Assembly (NCBI RefSeq): GCF_006345805.1
Contig: NC_042997.1
Span: forward strand, 58,156,001 to 58,220,000
Source: Octopus sinensis
Lineage: Eukaryota
Direction of reading: 5' to 3'
Length of the DNA stretch: 64,000 bases
Under the pieces are notes generated by a model. It had not been told where the DNA came from and searched no databases. It saw only the letters and a program-made list of their open reading frames with translations. This document shows positions 13,976 to 26,919 of this stretch, piece by piece (the first letter of the stretch is position 1; each line of letters begins with the position of its first letter). Both the position numbers and the translations under genes were made by a program.

Positions 13976-14984
13976 AAGACAGCCCTAAGTGGAAAAAGGA
14001 TAGCTGGAGTGTTCTTATTGTTTTTCAGCATTTGTTTTAAGCCATTTACCTCCAAGCATAGTGTTTGGGATTAATAAGATTAATGATGCTTTAGTTCATA
14101 TAAAGTTTTTGGGTTTATAAGGACTGGATAGGAAAAGCAGAATTCTTAGGCATTATTGTTGATGCTGATGGTGTGGCTGGTGGTGGTCTGATTGTTGTCA
14201 TTGTTATTATTATTGTAGTTGCTGCTACTGTTATTATGGAAGGCTTAGTTGCATACATATCTTACTATTGTTCGAGTGTGACCTGTTTTTTGATCTGACC
14301 TAGGAGAATCATTTCCATAGCTTTCAAGTCATCCAAGACGCATACAGGAATAACTCAGTTGGACAAATATATTCATTGTTTAATTTGAACTCTTGAGAGT
14401 TAGCATGTGAAGCAAATCTTATACATGGAGCTCCAGAGGAATTATAATTCTGTGAAAGCTGTACAGGATGGCTGTTATTTTACTTGTAGTGATAGCAGAT
14501 ATTATAATAGTGGCTGCTCTTTCAGTTTTTAGTACTGATTTAATTGTAATTCTTGATATGTTGGTATGGTCCTTATTGCTGTTGGTATTGAACATTCTTA
14601 GTCAGATCTCATTGGCATTCACATTAAGAGCAATAGCTGATCTTAGATACTAACTATTTCACAGCTGAAAAGTTAATGTTAAGATGGAGAAAAGTAGAGT
14701 CATGTACAATGAGAAACAGCCAAATACAATTGGTTATAGTCAGGTATCACTAGACAGAGTGAGTTGTTGCTAAGTGAAACAGTAGTTTTATAAGACCAAT
14801 TTTGTATTCAATAATAATTAACATAATATCCAAGACAGGTGGTGCTGCAGTCAGTTTTTGCACATTGTTTAACAGACACAGCAACATGATATTTCAGGCA
14901 GAGAAATTCAGGAAACATCAAGTGTTGAGATCTGTACAAGTAACAGCTAATAATAGAGTTATATATAAGAAATCATTCGTGTAA

Positions 14985-15100
14985 TAATAGTATAATATAA
15001 TATAATATAATATGATATAATAAATATAATATAATATAATATAATATAATATAATATAATATAATATAATATAATATAATACAATAAAATATAAAATATA
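14985..15100. repeat. (ATATA)n pentanucleotide microsatellite
   Basis: Visible directly. Confidence 0.9.
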
Positions 15101-15273
15101 TATTAATATGCCAAGGCTGAATGCATTATGCTCTCATGTGGTTAGCTGAAGGGAGAGGTGAAAAGTGAGAGAAAAGGGAGAGAGGGTTGTTAATGGCATG
15201 AAGTAGGAGGAAAGTAATAGTTATTACATTAAGACCAAGTGTATGATGCTGCAGTTCAAGGAAGAGGTGAAGT

Positions 15274-15327
<54 letters not shown>

Positions 15328-16559
15328 GAGAGAGAAGAGAGAGAGAGAGAGAGTTGATGGAAAAGAATGTGGGAGTGGAAAGCAGTTGAATGATTTTAGG
15401 TATAGTACAATAGAATAATGCAACAGACAATAAAAATACAAGTTTAGCCATTATCTTTTATCTTTTATTGTGGCCATGCTGGGGCACTGCCTTGAAGAAA
15501 TTTTATCGTAATGAAAATGACCTCAGGGATCTTTTCACTTTCATTGGCAGATTGACAAATTCATTTTTGTAACTAAACACTTTCAAACTTCGAACACTGG
15601 TAGAATGTGTCATATAAAACATCTTTTACTCTTAGCATTGTTGAGAAAAGTTTCTATTTACGAAGTCATTTTTGTTAAAGTTGTTGTATTTTGGTAATTT
15701 CATCATACAGTTTTGAAAATAACAATGAAATTTTCATGGGTACTGCTAGTATAATATAAATATAATATAATATAATGTGATGTAAGATGGTATAATATAA
15801 TATAATACAGGATGATTGTAAAGCCTGGATATACAGGCAAAAATGCATATTATCAATGCATAACATTTTCGACAAGGCTTCTGCCATTAGTGATGCAAAG
15901 CTTGATGTGCTTTGAAAAATTCACAGGAACTCAGTACATTTCCATCAATTTCAGCACATTAATTCATCCAGACTTTATGCTCACCCTGTATAATATGTTG
16001 ATTACAAACATAGATGTGAGTGATTAGAAGGAAGTAGAAGTAAAATTGCGAGATGTTCAAACTTTTCTATAGAAGACAATAAGAAATGGTTACAACTAGA
16101 AATTGAAATAAATTGTGTTTGGATTTAGCAAGGAAAGAATTTTATTTTATTCAATCACATTAGTTCCAAATAAACACAATTAATATTGGTTAAGAAATGA
16201 CTATTATCATTGTTTTAATGTCCACTTTTCCACACTTGCATGGGTCAGATGGAGTTTATTGAGGCAGGTTTTCCATGGCTGGATGCCCTTCCTGTTGTCA
16301 ACTCTCACCTGTTTCCAAGCAAAGTAATATTTCCCATGGTCTACCATGTTTATTTTGCTGGATATTTTGCTGACATTAGTTAACAACAATTATGCAATGT
16401 CAAGACAAGGAGACACAAACATATATACACTCACACACACATGCATACATGCTGCAATAGAACTAGGACTTACTTGTGTTGAACTGAAAGGGAAGAGAGC
16501 ATAACAAAACAGGATTATTTGTGAGAGTAAGGCTGTCCTAGAGGAGATGCAGTTACATG

Positions 16560-16960
16560 GATAGTTCCTTAAAGACACCAAGAATGTGAAAAATCCTGAC
16601 TCACAATGAGAGTGGTTCTAGAGTGAAGATTTAAAGAAAGAAGCATAGGATTTTGTAGGTGGCTAGTCAAGATCAAGCTCTAAACATTAGCTCAGTGAAC
16701 AAGAGTATTCATTCAACTACTTCAATGAACAAGCACCATGTTTGTAATCAGTGAGTGGAAACTATTGATAATTTTTGTAGCAGGTTGCAAAACGTTAGCT
16801 CAAAAAAAGGATAAAGGCAATGTTACAACAGGTTTTGTCTCAATTTACACTGATCATTTTGTAAAAGATATGGAAGCAATGTTTCCCATATATAGTAAAA
16901 TCTGGTACCATAAAAGGCTCTAAATTAGCCTAGTAGACCAAAAATTTCTATGGGATTTTA
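16560..16960 (+). mobile_element. Dong/R4 LINE relic
   Basis: Homologous to 3059-3490: W..EDLKK..SQDQALNI..VAGCKTLAQK; many stops. A further 3'-end fragment (LLGIAHILCKALST) lies at about 17470-17760. Confidence 0.6.
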
Positions 16961-17248
16961 CATTTTTTTAAATATCCATCATCCTTAAACAAACCTAATT
17001 CAGAGATCTTTTGAGTGGGATGAGCTACTTGACCCATAGGAAATTCTATCTGGGTCTCACCTGCCAGGTTATGTGCTGTTTATCTTGATATGGGATCATC
17101 ATGTCATGCACATATGGTTGCGATGCATGTATCTGGTGTACCCTTATCAGACGAGTTATCATGTTGGGTATACTGGGCTTTGTACATTTGTAGCCCAGTG
17201 TCACTTTGATAGCATGCACTGCTCTCTCACTCAATAATAATAATGATG

Positions 17249-17301
<53 letters not shown>

Positions 17302-18021
17302 CTTTTCTACTCTAGGTACAAGGCCTGAAATTTTGGGGGAGGGGGCTAGTTGATTAGATTGACCCCAGCATGCAACTGGTACTTAATTTATCAACCCTGA
17401 AAGAATGAAAGGCAAAGTCAACTTGGCGGAATTTGAACTTAGAACGTAAAGACAGACGAAATACCGCTAAAAACTAAAACTGGCTCAACAAATTACAATG
17501 ATAAAATGATGACAAGAAAAATCTTTACATGGCAAATACTAGGATAAGTTAAGCAGAAAAGAAACAGACAAAGTAAAATCTTAACAGAAAATAACACTAT
17601 TAGGCATTGCACACATCTTATGTAAAGCACTTTCAACACAGTGAAAATAACAACACCAAAATAAATCAGAGCTTATATCCAAGGCACACAAAGCTTCACT
17701 TGATAGTGCAGTGAAAGCATGTGATGAAGATAAGACTACTGAATAGTAATAATAACTCGCTAAAATGCTTGAATAATAAATGATTTACTTGAATGACTTT
17801 CCATGAGGAAAAATTATCTTGACTGTCATGACAAAAAAAAAAAAAAAGACAGCATACGTTTAAAAAGTCCAATAAAAATGTAACATGTTTGCCTATAATT
17901 TACAAAACCTTAACTGTAATAATAGTGCTCATTCTGGACAACTACCAACAATAACAATGTTGTAAATAATCAAATTTTCTCAACAAATAAAAAAAAATTA
18001 TAGATGTTGCATGATTCTTAC

Positions 18022-18112
18022 GCTGGTGATATTGATGATGACTCATGCAGAGAAGCTCCACTGATTTCTTCACTTTTAATTGCCAGCAAAATTTCAACTT
18101 GTCTTCCTTGTT
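18022..18112 (-). CDS. MORN1: MORN1-like internal exon (91 nt, phase 1 to phase 2)
   Basis: Acceptor tatgtattag|AA, donor GC|gtaaga. Encodes EQGRQVEILLAIKSEEISGASLHESSSISPA (compare MORN1 ESGRVLQISAGVR). Phase-compatible with the previous exon. Confidence 0.8.
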
Positions 18113-18299
18113 CTAATACATATAGAAGAGAAGAAAAATAAAGGAATGTTAATTGGAAAGGTAAAAGAGTGTTCATGCAAAATTGATATTTTAACTTATT
18201 TTATGATTGATTGCTCAGATCATAATTTCTATAGGAATTAACTTGTCTTACAAAATATATTATAAAGTAGATATTTCATGAAACATAACCTTTCTACCA

Positions 18300-19420
18300 T
18301 AAATGATATGAGAGTAGGAAACATTGTTAATTTGTGACTAAAAAACTGATCTGAAAGTCTGAATTTGTGGTGTATATTTTTCATTTAATTATTTCACATT
18401 ATTTCTACTGTTAGTATAGGTAAAATGGACTGTGCTTAACTTTAAAAATATGTATTTCATTAATGAAAAACCCCACCAAAACTCAGAAACATAGAATGTA
18501 TTGTTTTTATGACTAGGCTTCTATTCAGAATGAGCCTTGTAGATGATACAAGCTCAAATATTTTCCAAATTTTAGCTGCTGTGTTATTAGTGACAAACAA
18601 AGACCACACCTTTACAATATCAAAGAAGTTGCCAGCTTTTGAGTGTAGGTAAGTTTCTCAACTAAAGCCAGATCAAACAGTATAAGTGGGACAATAATAA
18701 GACACAACTACTGTAATTTTCAACATTTATACTGTTAAAATTTGCACAAAGTATGAAATATGAGAATAATGGCAAGGTGATCACACATTTTGTAAATTTG
18801 TCTGGGGCCATGTGATCTTCAAACATTTCCCTTTTTATGTAGACATACATAATATAGTTAAAAGACAATTGCAGTTCAAGCACTTAAATAGAAATATAAT
18901 CTAATTTTAAACACAAAATTATTTCAAAAGCATGAATAACATAAACAAAAACAAAACAAAATCTATTTTGGTTATGTTTGATGTGCATCTTTCTTATTTC
19001 AGCTGTTATATAAGCAGAAGAAATATTTAATCCAATATTAACCAAAAAAATATTTTCTGTTAGGTTGGCTTTGCTTCTTATAGACCCATAACTCACCCAG
19101 CATGCTGAACAGAAATTGGTTGTGTATCTTATATTTACAAAATTGGTTAAAATACCAATATTTCAAGAAGCAAAATATTTTTTACAACTTTGGTCAAATA
19201 ATTATAATCAAGAAAAATTCACCTTTCTAGCTTTTGTAGTGTCTGAGATGTCTGAGTGGATATTCAACAAAGTGGGCTACACAGAGGTTTGACCTTTTTG
19301 ACAATGCTGATAGTGATAAGATGATGATAATTATAGAACACACAACAAAAATAATGGTAGAAATTTGCTTTGGATGCAGTGTTGGTCTCTACAGAAACAT
19401 TGTATATGTTAAAGCTGACG
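18300..19420 (+). mobile_element. Highly degenerate piggyBac (PGBD-like) transposase relic
   Basis: Motif remnants in the expected order across frames: VYFSFNYFTL (~FDNYFTS), KWDNNK (~WxDNK), LASYRP, FTFLAF, RFDLFD, CFGCSVGL (Cys-rich C-terminus). Confidence 0.45.
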
Positions 19421-20033
19421 ACTTGTACAATGCTGTAAGAAGTATGCTACCCATATATAGAAATTACAGAGTGGTTTCAATCTCCTGATGAAGTTATATC
19501 ATTTTCATTATGCTGATAGTACTCTTATAAAAAGGTATGGATGCTACAACATTCCATTTTTACTCTCTAAAGTCAAACAGCCTTGAGTTAAGAAGAAACC
19601 AATATTTCATCAACTTGGCTTGAGCTTAAGAAATAGAAGTGAGGCAAGCAACTGGCAAGCTCGAGCCTGCAGCCCAATTTTGGTTATCTGTTGTATTTAT
19701 TTAACATGCTTATTGTCCTTCAAAAATGCATTAATGTCACACCACCACATTTTTCCTTTCATCATACAAAACTTAAGGCAGCGAGCTCGCAGAATCATTA
19801 TCACACCAGAGAAAGTGCTTAGTGGCATTTTGTATGTCTTTCTGTTCTGAGTTCAAATTCCACCGAGTTTGACTTTGCCTTTCATCCTTTTGGGGTTGAT
19901 AAAATAGGTGACAGTCAAGTACTGAGGTCAATGTAATCAACTTCACCCTTGCCTTAAAAACTGCTGGCCCTGTACCAAAATTGCGAATCATTATAATTAC
20001 AAAACTTGATGCAAAAGTAAGTAAAGACTGAAC

Positions 20034-20244
20034 CTGGTATAATTGTATCCTCATCATCTTTGCATTGTACAACTATGTCAAAAGATTCAAATTCATCAAC
20101 AATTAGAACATCCATGTGTATACCAAATGTTAGCTTTGTAGCCATTTTTTCTGGAAGTCCATTGATCCATAATCCAGTGTAGGTGATACCAGAAATATGT
20201 TTGATACAACCGTATCCACTTATTACATCATTTGCCCATTGACC
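20034..20244 (-). CDS. MORN1: MORN1-like internal exon (211 nt, phase 0 to phase 1)
   Basis: Acceptor tatttcag|GGT, donor CAG|gttcag. Encodes GQWANDVISGYGCIKHISGITYTGLWINGLPEKMATKLTFGIHMDVLIVDEFESFDIVVQCKDDEDTIIP, matching the MORN1-typical SGxTYxGLWINGxP..AT motif. Confidence 0.9.
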
Positions 20245-21043
20245 CTGAAATAGTAATGAAAGCAAGAAAAATTTCCAATTATAGATTCTCTCACTAATGT
20301 TTAAGGTTAAATATCAACCATAAGAATTTCTCCTTTTCTAACTGCTGAAAACCACTTCAAATTAACTGTTAAGTAAAGAGACAAATTCAATCAATCTAAA
20401 ATGTTTTTCTGTAATAAATACATTAGCATAACTGCTTGATAATTCAATTTTGCTGCTAACACCATCATGCAGATATTGCAACATTACTGGTGCTCATCAT
20501 TCTGAGTTCAAATCCTACTAGAATTGATGCCTGACATTTTTAACTGTTGATAAACAATTATACTTTTTGGTTATAAATATTTCTTGTTTACTTTTCCTGA
20601 TAACTCCTCCGTGGAAAAACCTTCCTTGCTAATGTGCTGGAGCTAAAGCTTTGCCTTTTTATCTATAGAATGACTTCTTCAATGAAGCATCAGTTGGTGA
20701 TAATCTGAGCCCTTCTCTGTTGAATGAGAGAGAATGCCCACCTTCTGGTCATACCACACATCAAATAATACTTCTCTTGTTATAGGACCTCTTTTCTCAT
20801 AATACTGATTCCATGGAAATATTTCTGTTTCTCCTGGTAATTTAATATGAATTTGCATATTTTATCCACAGTGTTATTCTAAGTGGGTGGCTCAAGTGAA
20901 AGATTATTCTAAGATTGCCAAGTCAGTTGATCCCTTCATATTTTCATGTAACCCTCAACTCATCTAGCCTATAAAAGAAGGTAACTCCATACAAATCTTG
21001 CATCCTGTTAACTATTGGGCTCATGACACATGTTACACTAGAT

Positions 21044-21353
21044 CAGTGGTTCCCAAAGTGGGCAGTTTTGCTCCCCCTGGGAGCAATGGAAAGTTTCAAA
21101 AGGGCGTTGAAGAAAAGTGGGATGATAATGGGGTAGCGATTCATGTAAAAAATGGGGCTGTAATGGGGTAGCGATTCATGTAAAAACAACAAAATAATGG
21201 GTTCATTAGGTTAAGTTTTATTTGTGAAATACAGTTGCTTTGAATTTGCTTCAGAAAGAGGTCTATGTCTTTGATGGTTAGTTGGGGTGGGAATGCTATG
21301 AATGTAACCTGGGTGTCAAGGGGGTGGCAGCCTGAAAAGTTTGGGAACCACTG
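21044..21353. mobile_element. hAT (Charlie-type) MITE
   Basis: TIR CAGTGGTTCCCAAA / TTTGGGAACCACTG; perfect 8-bp TSD CACTAGAT (21036-21043, 21354-21361); internal ~26-bp duplication taatggggtagcgattcatgtaaaaa. Confidence 0.92.
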
Positions 21354-21835
21354 CACTAGATCATTACAAGTTTTGATAGGCAACAGAATGGGATTGGCCC
21401 TGCATAAATCATGCCGACTACAATAATAAACCCTATTACTTTGTGGGGTAACTTAAAAGGCTAAGGGAATAAACCCCTCTGGAAAATCTGGAAGAGAAGC
21501 CCCTAAGGTAGATGTGTATAGTTATACTTAACAAATATTTAGCATCCCCTGCAGCTCTATGGATGCTATCAACTTATTGACTGCTTTTTTTTTTGTGGAG
21601 TGTCCATGAATGGAAAGGAGGTAGTTGTACTTGGGACTAGGCACTTGCTTCTGGAAACAGCCAAGGCACAGCAGAAGCTGTTAAACTATTGACTCTGCAA
21701 TACCGTCCACCAACAATGAAAAGGCCAACTGCATACATACATACACACACACATACATACATGTATACATACAAACATACATATAAACGTACATTATATA
21801 TGTATATATACTGTGTATGTATGTATGTATATATA

Positions 21836-21873
<38 letters not shown>

Positions 21874-22446
21874 CATTTATCATCATTATTTAACGTCTAT
21901 TTTTCATGCTGGCATGGGTTGGACAATTTGACAGGCTCTGGTCAGACAGAGGGCTCTCAGGTTCCATTTGTCTGTTTTGGCATGGTTTCTATGGCTGGAT
22001 GCCCTTCCTAGCACCAACCACTTTACAGAGTATGTTGGGTGATGTTTACATAGCACTGGCATGGATGTCTTTATGTGGAGTCAGCATGAGTGCTTCTACC
22101 GGTGATGCTGGCACAAGTGCTTATTATGTAGTACTGGCACGAGACCCCTTTTATGTGACATTGGCACAAGTGCCTTTTATATAGTACCAGCATGTGTATT
22201 CTTTACATGGCACTAGCGTGAGTGCTTTTCATGTGGTGCTTGCACAAGTGCTTTTATATAATATATGCATCAGGAAGGACATCAGGCTGTACAAACTATG
22301 TCAAAGCAGACATAAAACCTGGTGGAGTCTTCTGGTTTGCCTGTTCTTTTCAAACCATCTAGCCCATGCGAGCATGGAAAAAAATATTAAATGATAATGA
22401 TGGTATGTGTCTGTATGCATATATATATATATATATATATACATAC

Positions 22447-22666
22447 ATGAGAGGGTAATGAAAAGTTCCTGGCTTTAAGGGTATCTCAAAAGGCTTGATT
22501 GGAAGTCCAACCTTCCAAGTTCTTTTAAAGAGCTTAGAAAGACTGAAGGACTGCTGCAACAAGTGTGTGAATCTCAGAAAGGGATACATTGAATAAAATC
22601 ATAATTAACTGATCCTCCTGTATTTTCTTTTACCCAAAGCCAGGAACATTTTGGCACCCCCTCGTA
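22447..22666. mobile_element. mariner-type MITE
   Basis: Imperfect TIRs gagagggtaatgaaaagttcctggcttt / aaagccaggaacattttggcaccccctcg, ending in TA on the right. Confidence 0.75.
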
Positions 22667-22713
22667 TATATGGATGTCAAATGATGACGATTATTTATAT
22701 ATACATCTATCTA

Positions 22714-22808
<95 letters not shown>

Positions 22809-22834
22809 TTATATAAAAAAATAATAAAATAAAT

Positions 22835-23080
22835 GTGCCCTTTTAAAGCCTAGCCAGGCTCATGGGCCCGGTTTGCCAGTTTCAATGGTGTATGTGTATC
22901 CCAGCTGGACGGGACACCAGTCCATCACATCATTACTCAATTTTGCCAGCTGAATCGACTGGAACAACATGAAATGAAGTGTTTTGCTCAAGAACACAAT
23001 GCATCGCCTGGTCCAGGAATCGAAACCACAACCGTACAATCATGATGCCGACACCCTAACCACTAAGCCACACGCCTCCA
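22835..23080 (-). mobile_element. tRNA-derived CORE-like SINE
   Basis: Minus strand GGCGTGTGGCTTAGTGGTTAGGGTG..GGTTTCGATTCCTGG..GTGTTCTTGAGCAAAACACTT (A box, B box, CORE-like segment). Confidence 0.8.
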
Positions 23081-23115
23081 CACACACACACATATATGTG
23101 TGTGTGTGTGTGTGC

Positions 23116-23158
<43 letters not shown>

Positions 23159-25229
23159 CATATATACATATGTGTATATATATATATTCATATATAAAGA
23201 TTAAATATATATATATATATTTATATATATACTTTGATAATGTCTCAAACTATGCCAGTGTCGCATAACAAGCACCTTTCAAGTGCTGGGCCTCATGGAA
23301 GCAATGACAAATGACTGAAGCTGTTAATGATATGCTGTGCTTGAAAAGAAAGATCCATCAAGCCAAGTGAAATCATAGTCATAGCACATACTGGTGTCAT
23401 GCCACTGGCACCCATGCCAGTGGCACATAAAAGCACCGTAGGAGTGGTTGGCATCAGGAAGGGCATCCAGCAGTAGAAACCATGCCAAACCAGACTGGAG
23501 TTTGGTGCAGCCCCTCAGCTTACCAGTCCTGGTCAAATCGTCCAACCCATGCCAGTATGGACAAATGGATGTTAAAAGATGATGATGTCTCAAGTCTGAG
23601 AGAGAGAGACAGTTCTGCAATTTCTTACTGAACAACTTTCACAAACCTGATTTATTTATTGTGATTTTTGTACTGTACGTTCATCAAATCAACATTATCT
23701 GTACAAGTGCTTGATGTACCACACATCAGATGTTGAAGAGATTGCAGTGCAACACAACATGAAGTGTTTTGATCTGCCTGGTCTGGGAATCAAATTCATG
23801 ATGTTGCGATTGTGTGTGCAATTACCCAAGCCACTAGGTCAAACACCCTCACTGTATGTATGTATGTATATAGTGACAAAAATAAGGGAAAGAACTATAT
23901 TACTCTGTTATAAAAAAAAAAAAGAAAAGAAAAAATGATGTGGTAGAATGCTAAAATAACATTATATAGTTTAGAAATAAACCTAGTTCTGAATCAGGAA
24001 CTAAAAGTATGAAGTTGTTAGCTGCAATTGTTGACTATGATCAGCCTCTGGCTGTTAGTCAGAGATGGTATCTGCACTTTGTGGAAGAATAATTCTATTG
24101 CACGTGAGATATTGGTTTCATTCTAACCAAGTAAAAATATCAGCAGTGTGAAAGACAATTTTTCTGTGGAAGAAACCCATTTAAACAGATAGATGTGCAC
24201 ACAACAGTTTTAGATACAATGTAAAAAATTACGAAACTGATAGAAGCCTGTTGTGTGTACATACATGCATACACAGGTACATATGTGTATGTGTGTCTGT
24301 GTGTATGTATGTGCGTGTATATGTGTATGTATGTGTGTATGTATCAATGTATATATATGTGCATATTTCTTTGCGTTTGTGTTTGTCTCCAACACTGCTT
24401 GACAAACGGTGTTGGTTAACTTAGTGGTTTGGCAAAACATACTGTTAAAATAAGTAAAAATAAGTACTGGGGTTGATTCATTCAACTAAAATCCTTCAAG
24501 GTGGTACTCCAGCATACCTGCAGTCCAATGACTGAAGTAAAAGACAAAAGGATTTGGTTCTGAAATGGTAGCAACAAAGAAAAAAAAACATGGAAATGAT
24601 TGATTAGGTCAGTTCCTAATCTTCTTAGATTTTTCCCAATGAAATCACACCCATCTTCTGTCCATTGAAAGAATAATAGCTTAGTTTATAGCTATTAATA
24701 ATGTATACAGATATATTTTTAACGCAAGCACTATTGTTGAAAATTAAGCTAGCCAATTTAGCTGAATCCTGTTTTGTATATACTATAATGCATGGAAAAT
24801 GGATGTTGAATAATAATAATAATAATGACGATACTGACGACGATGGCAGCGGTGGCGACGACGACGATGATGTATTGTTATTAGCTAGTCATCTATCTGA
24901 ATAGAAGGTTTATATTCTGAGGAAGGTCCAACAAAACTAGGGACTGAACACATTAATCCCATTTTCTTTTCTGCCTATGAAGAGATAAAAACTTGTGAGA
25001 TTGAAATTGAATTTCTTTGTTTCTTTCACATGTTTCAGTCATTTGACTGTCGCTATGCTAGTGCACTACCTTAAAGGGTTTTAGTTGAAGAAATCGACCC
25101 CAGGCCTTATTCTTTGAAAGCCTAGTACTTATTCTATCGGTCTCTTTTGCTGAACTGCTAAGTTACAGGGACATAAACACACCAACATTGGCTGTCAAGC
25201 AATGGTAGGGGACAAACACAGACACAAAG

Positions 25230-25271
<42 letters not shown>

Positions 25272-25950
25272 TATATTATGTTTTTGGATTTGGTTTGCAA
25301 GATTCTTTATAAGAGTTCGTGTGTTGAAGCATATTCTGTTGTGTCTGGGGAAAGTCATTTTCTTTTTGTGCATCTAAAACTGTTGTGTGCATATGTGTCT
25401 ATTTAAATGGGTTTCTTCCCCAGAGAAATTGTATTTCACACTGCTGATATTTTTACTTGATTAGAATGAAACTAATATCTCATGTGCAATAGAATGCACA
25501 AAAAGAAAATGACTCTCCCCAGACACAACATATAGGTACATAGGTTACAAGAACAGACACATATGGAAACACGGATCCACACATATAAAGATGTACATCC
25601 ATACATACAAACATGGTACATAGTTGCATAACACACACACACATACAGACATGCACATACAAGGAGACAGAGGTGCATGCATATACAAACACATGCTCAC
25701 ACATACATACACAGAAAATACACAAACACGGACATGCAAGCACATAAATATGCAGGATACGTACATACAGAAGCACACACATACATACATATATACATAT
25801 GCATGCACACGCATATATACATTCATACACATGCAAACACACACATACATACATACATGCATGCATGTATAGACACACACACATTGACCCACACACATGC
25901 GCACAAGCAAACAAAAGTGAACGCAGTGTAAATAACGGACAGAGTCAAGA

Positions 25951-25987
25951 CTATTGAAAAGGTTGCAAGACGCAACGAAAATTTTAG
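25951..25987 (+). ncRNA. Candidate minimal type I hammerhead ribozyme (U3-A8 variant) in a Penelope-type terminal repeat
   Basis: CUA UUGAAAA G GUUGC-AAGAC-GCAAC GAAA AUUU UAG: 3-bp stem I, 5-bp stem II, GAAA, palindromic AAUU stem III. Fold assigned by eye. Confidence 0.55.
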
Positions 25988-26295
25988 GAAAATAAAAATA
26001 AGAAATAAGTGGAAATTTTAGCGGTGAGTGTGTTACATTATAAGGCACAAAAAGGAAATGACTCTCCCCAGACACAACAGTATATTATATTATATATATA
26101 TATATATATATATACGATGGGCTTCTTTCAGTTCTGTCTACCAAATCCACTCACAAGGCTTTAGTTGGCCCGAGATTATAGTAGAAGACACTTGCCCAAG
26201 GTGCTACACAGTGGGATTGAACTTAAGAACTTAGGTTGGGAAGTAAATTTCTTACCACACAGCCCATGCCTTATTAAAAATAAAGTATACCTTAA

Positions 26296-26473
26296 CCCTT
26301 TAGCATTTAGATTATTCTGTCAAATGCAACGCTTAGCTTTGAAATTTTGATGATGTGATTGTATGTTTTTATTACGACATTGTAGAGCAGGTGCAAGAGG
26401 CCAAATCTGGCCAGTTTGAGCATAAAATGGGTAGAGTATTTTGGCTGGATATCATTAGTTTAAATGTCAAAGG
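26296..26473. mobile_element. piggyBac-type MITE family A copy (internally deleted)
   Basis: TTAA|CCCTTTAGCATT start; homologous to 53793-54013. Confidence 0.75.
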
Positions 26474-26831
26474 ATTGGATTATATCCTTTATCTTTTATT
26501 TGATTCAATCATTGAATGGTGGTCATGCTGGGACACCACCTTGAAGGGTTTTAGTCAAATGAATTAACCCCAGTACTTATTTTTTTAAGTGTGGTACTTC
26601 TATTGGTTTCTTTAAGTGAACTGCTAAGTTACAGGGACACAAACAAACCAACACTGGGGGCATAGACACACACACACATGCAGACGTACACATATGAAAC
26701 TTATATGAATGGCAATATGCCGTGCAGTATACATGTTCAAATAATGCCATCACAAAAAACATTAAGATGTTGATGATGATAATGACAACAGCGATAACGA
26801 CAATGATGATGATGATGAATTTAATACTGGC

Positions 26832-26919
26832 CTCATGTTCTGTCCCATCCAAATATTTTGTGTGTCCTTGGCCCTGACGGCGATCACATATCCAGTCACC
26901 AGTATATGTAGTACCATTT
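26832..26919 (-). CDS. MORN1: MORN1-like internal exon (88 nt, phase 2 to phase 0), GC donor
   Basis: Acceptor tctctcctttcag|A. Encodes NGTTYTGDWICDRRQGQGHTKYLDGTEHE, resembling MORN1 NGDKYDGDWVRDRRQGHG..DGSTYK. Ends GAG|gccagt. Confidence 0.88.

Noticed and set aside
19223-19276. Minus-strand 54-nt AG..GT segment inside a MORN1 intron
   Set aside because: Has a stop in the phase (1) required by the flanking exons and overlaps the piggyBac relic.
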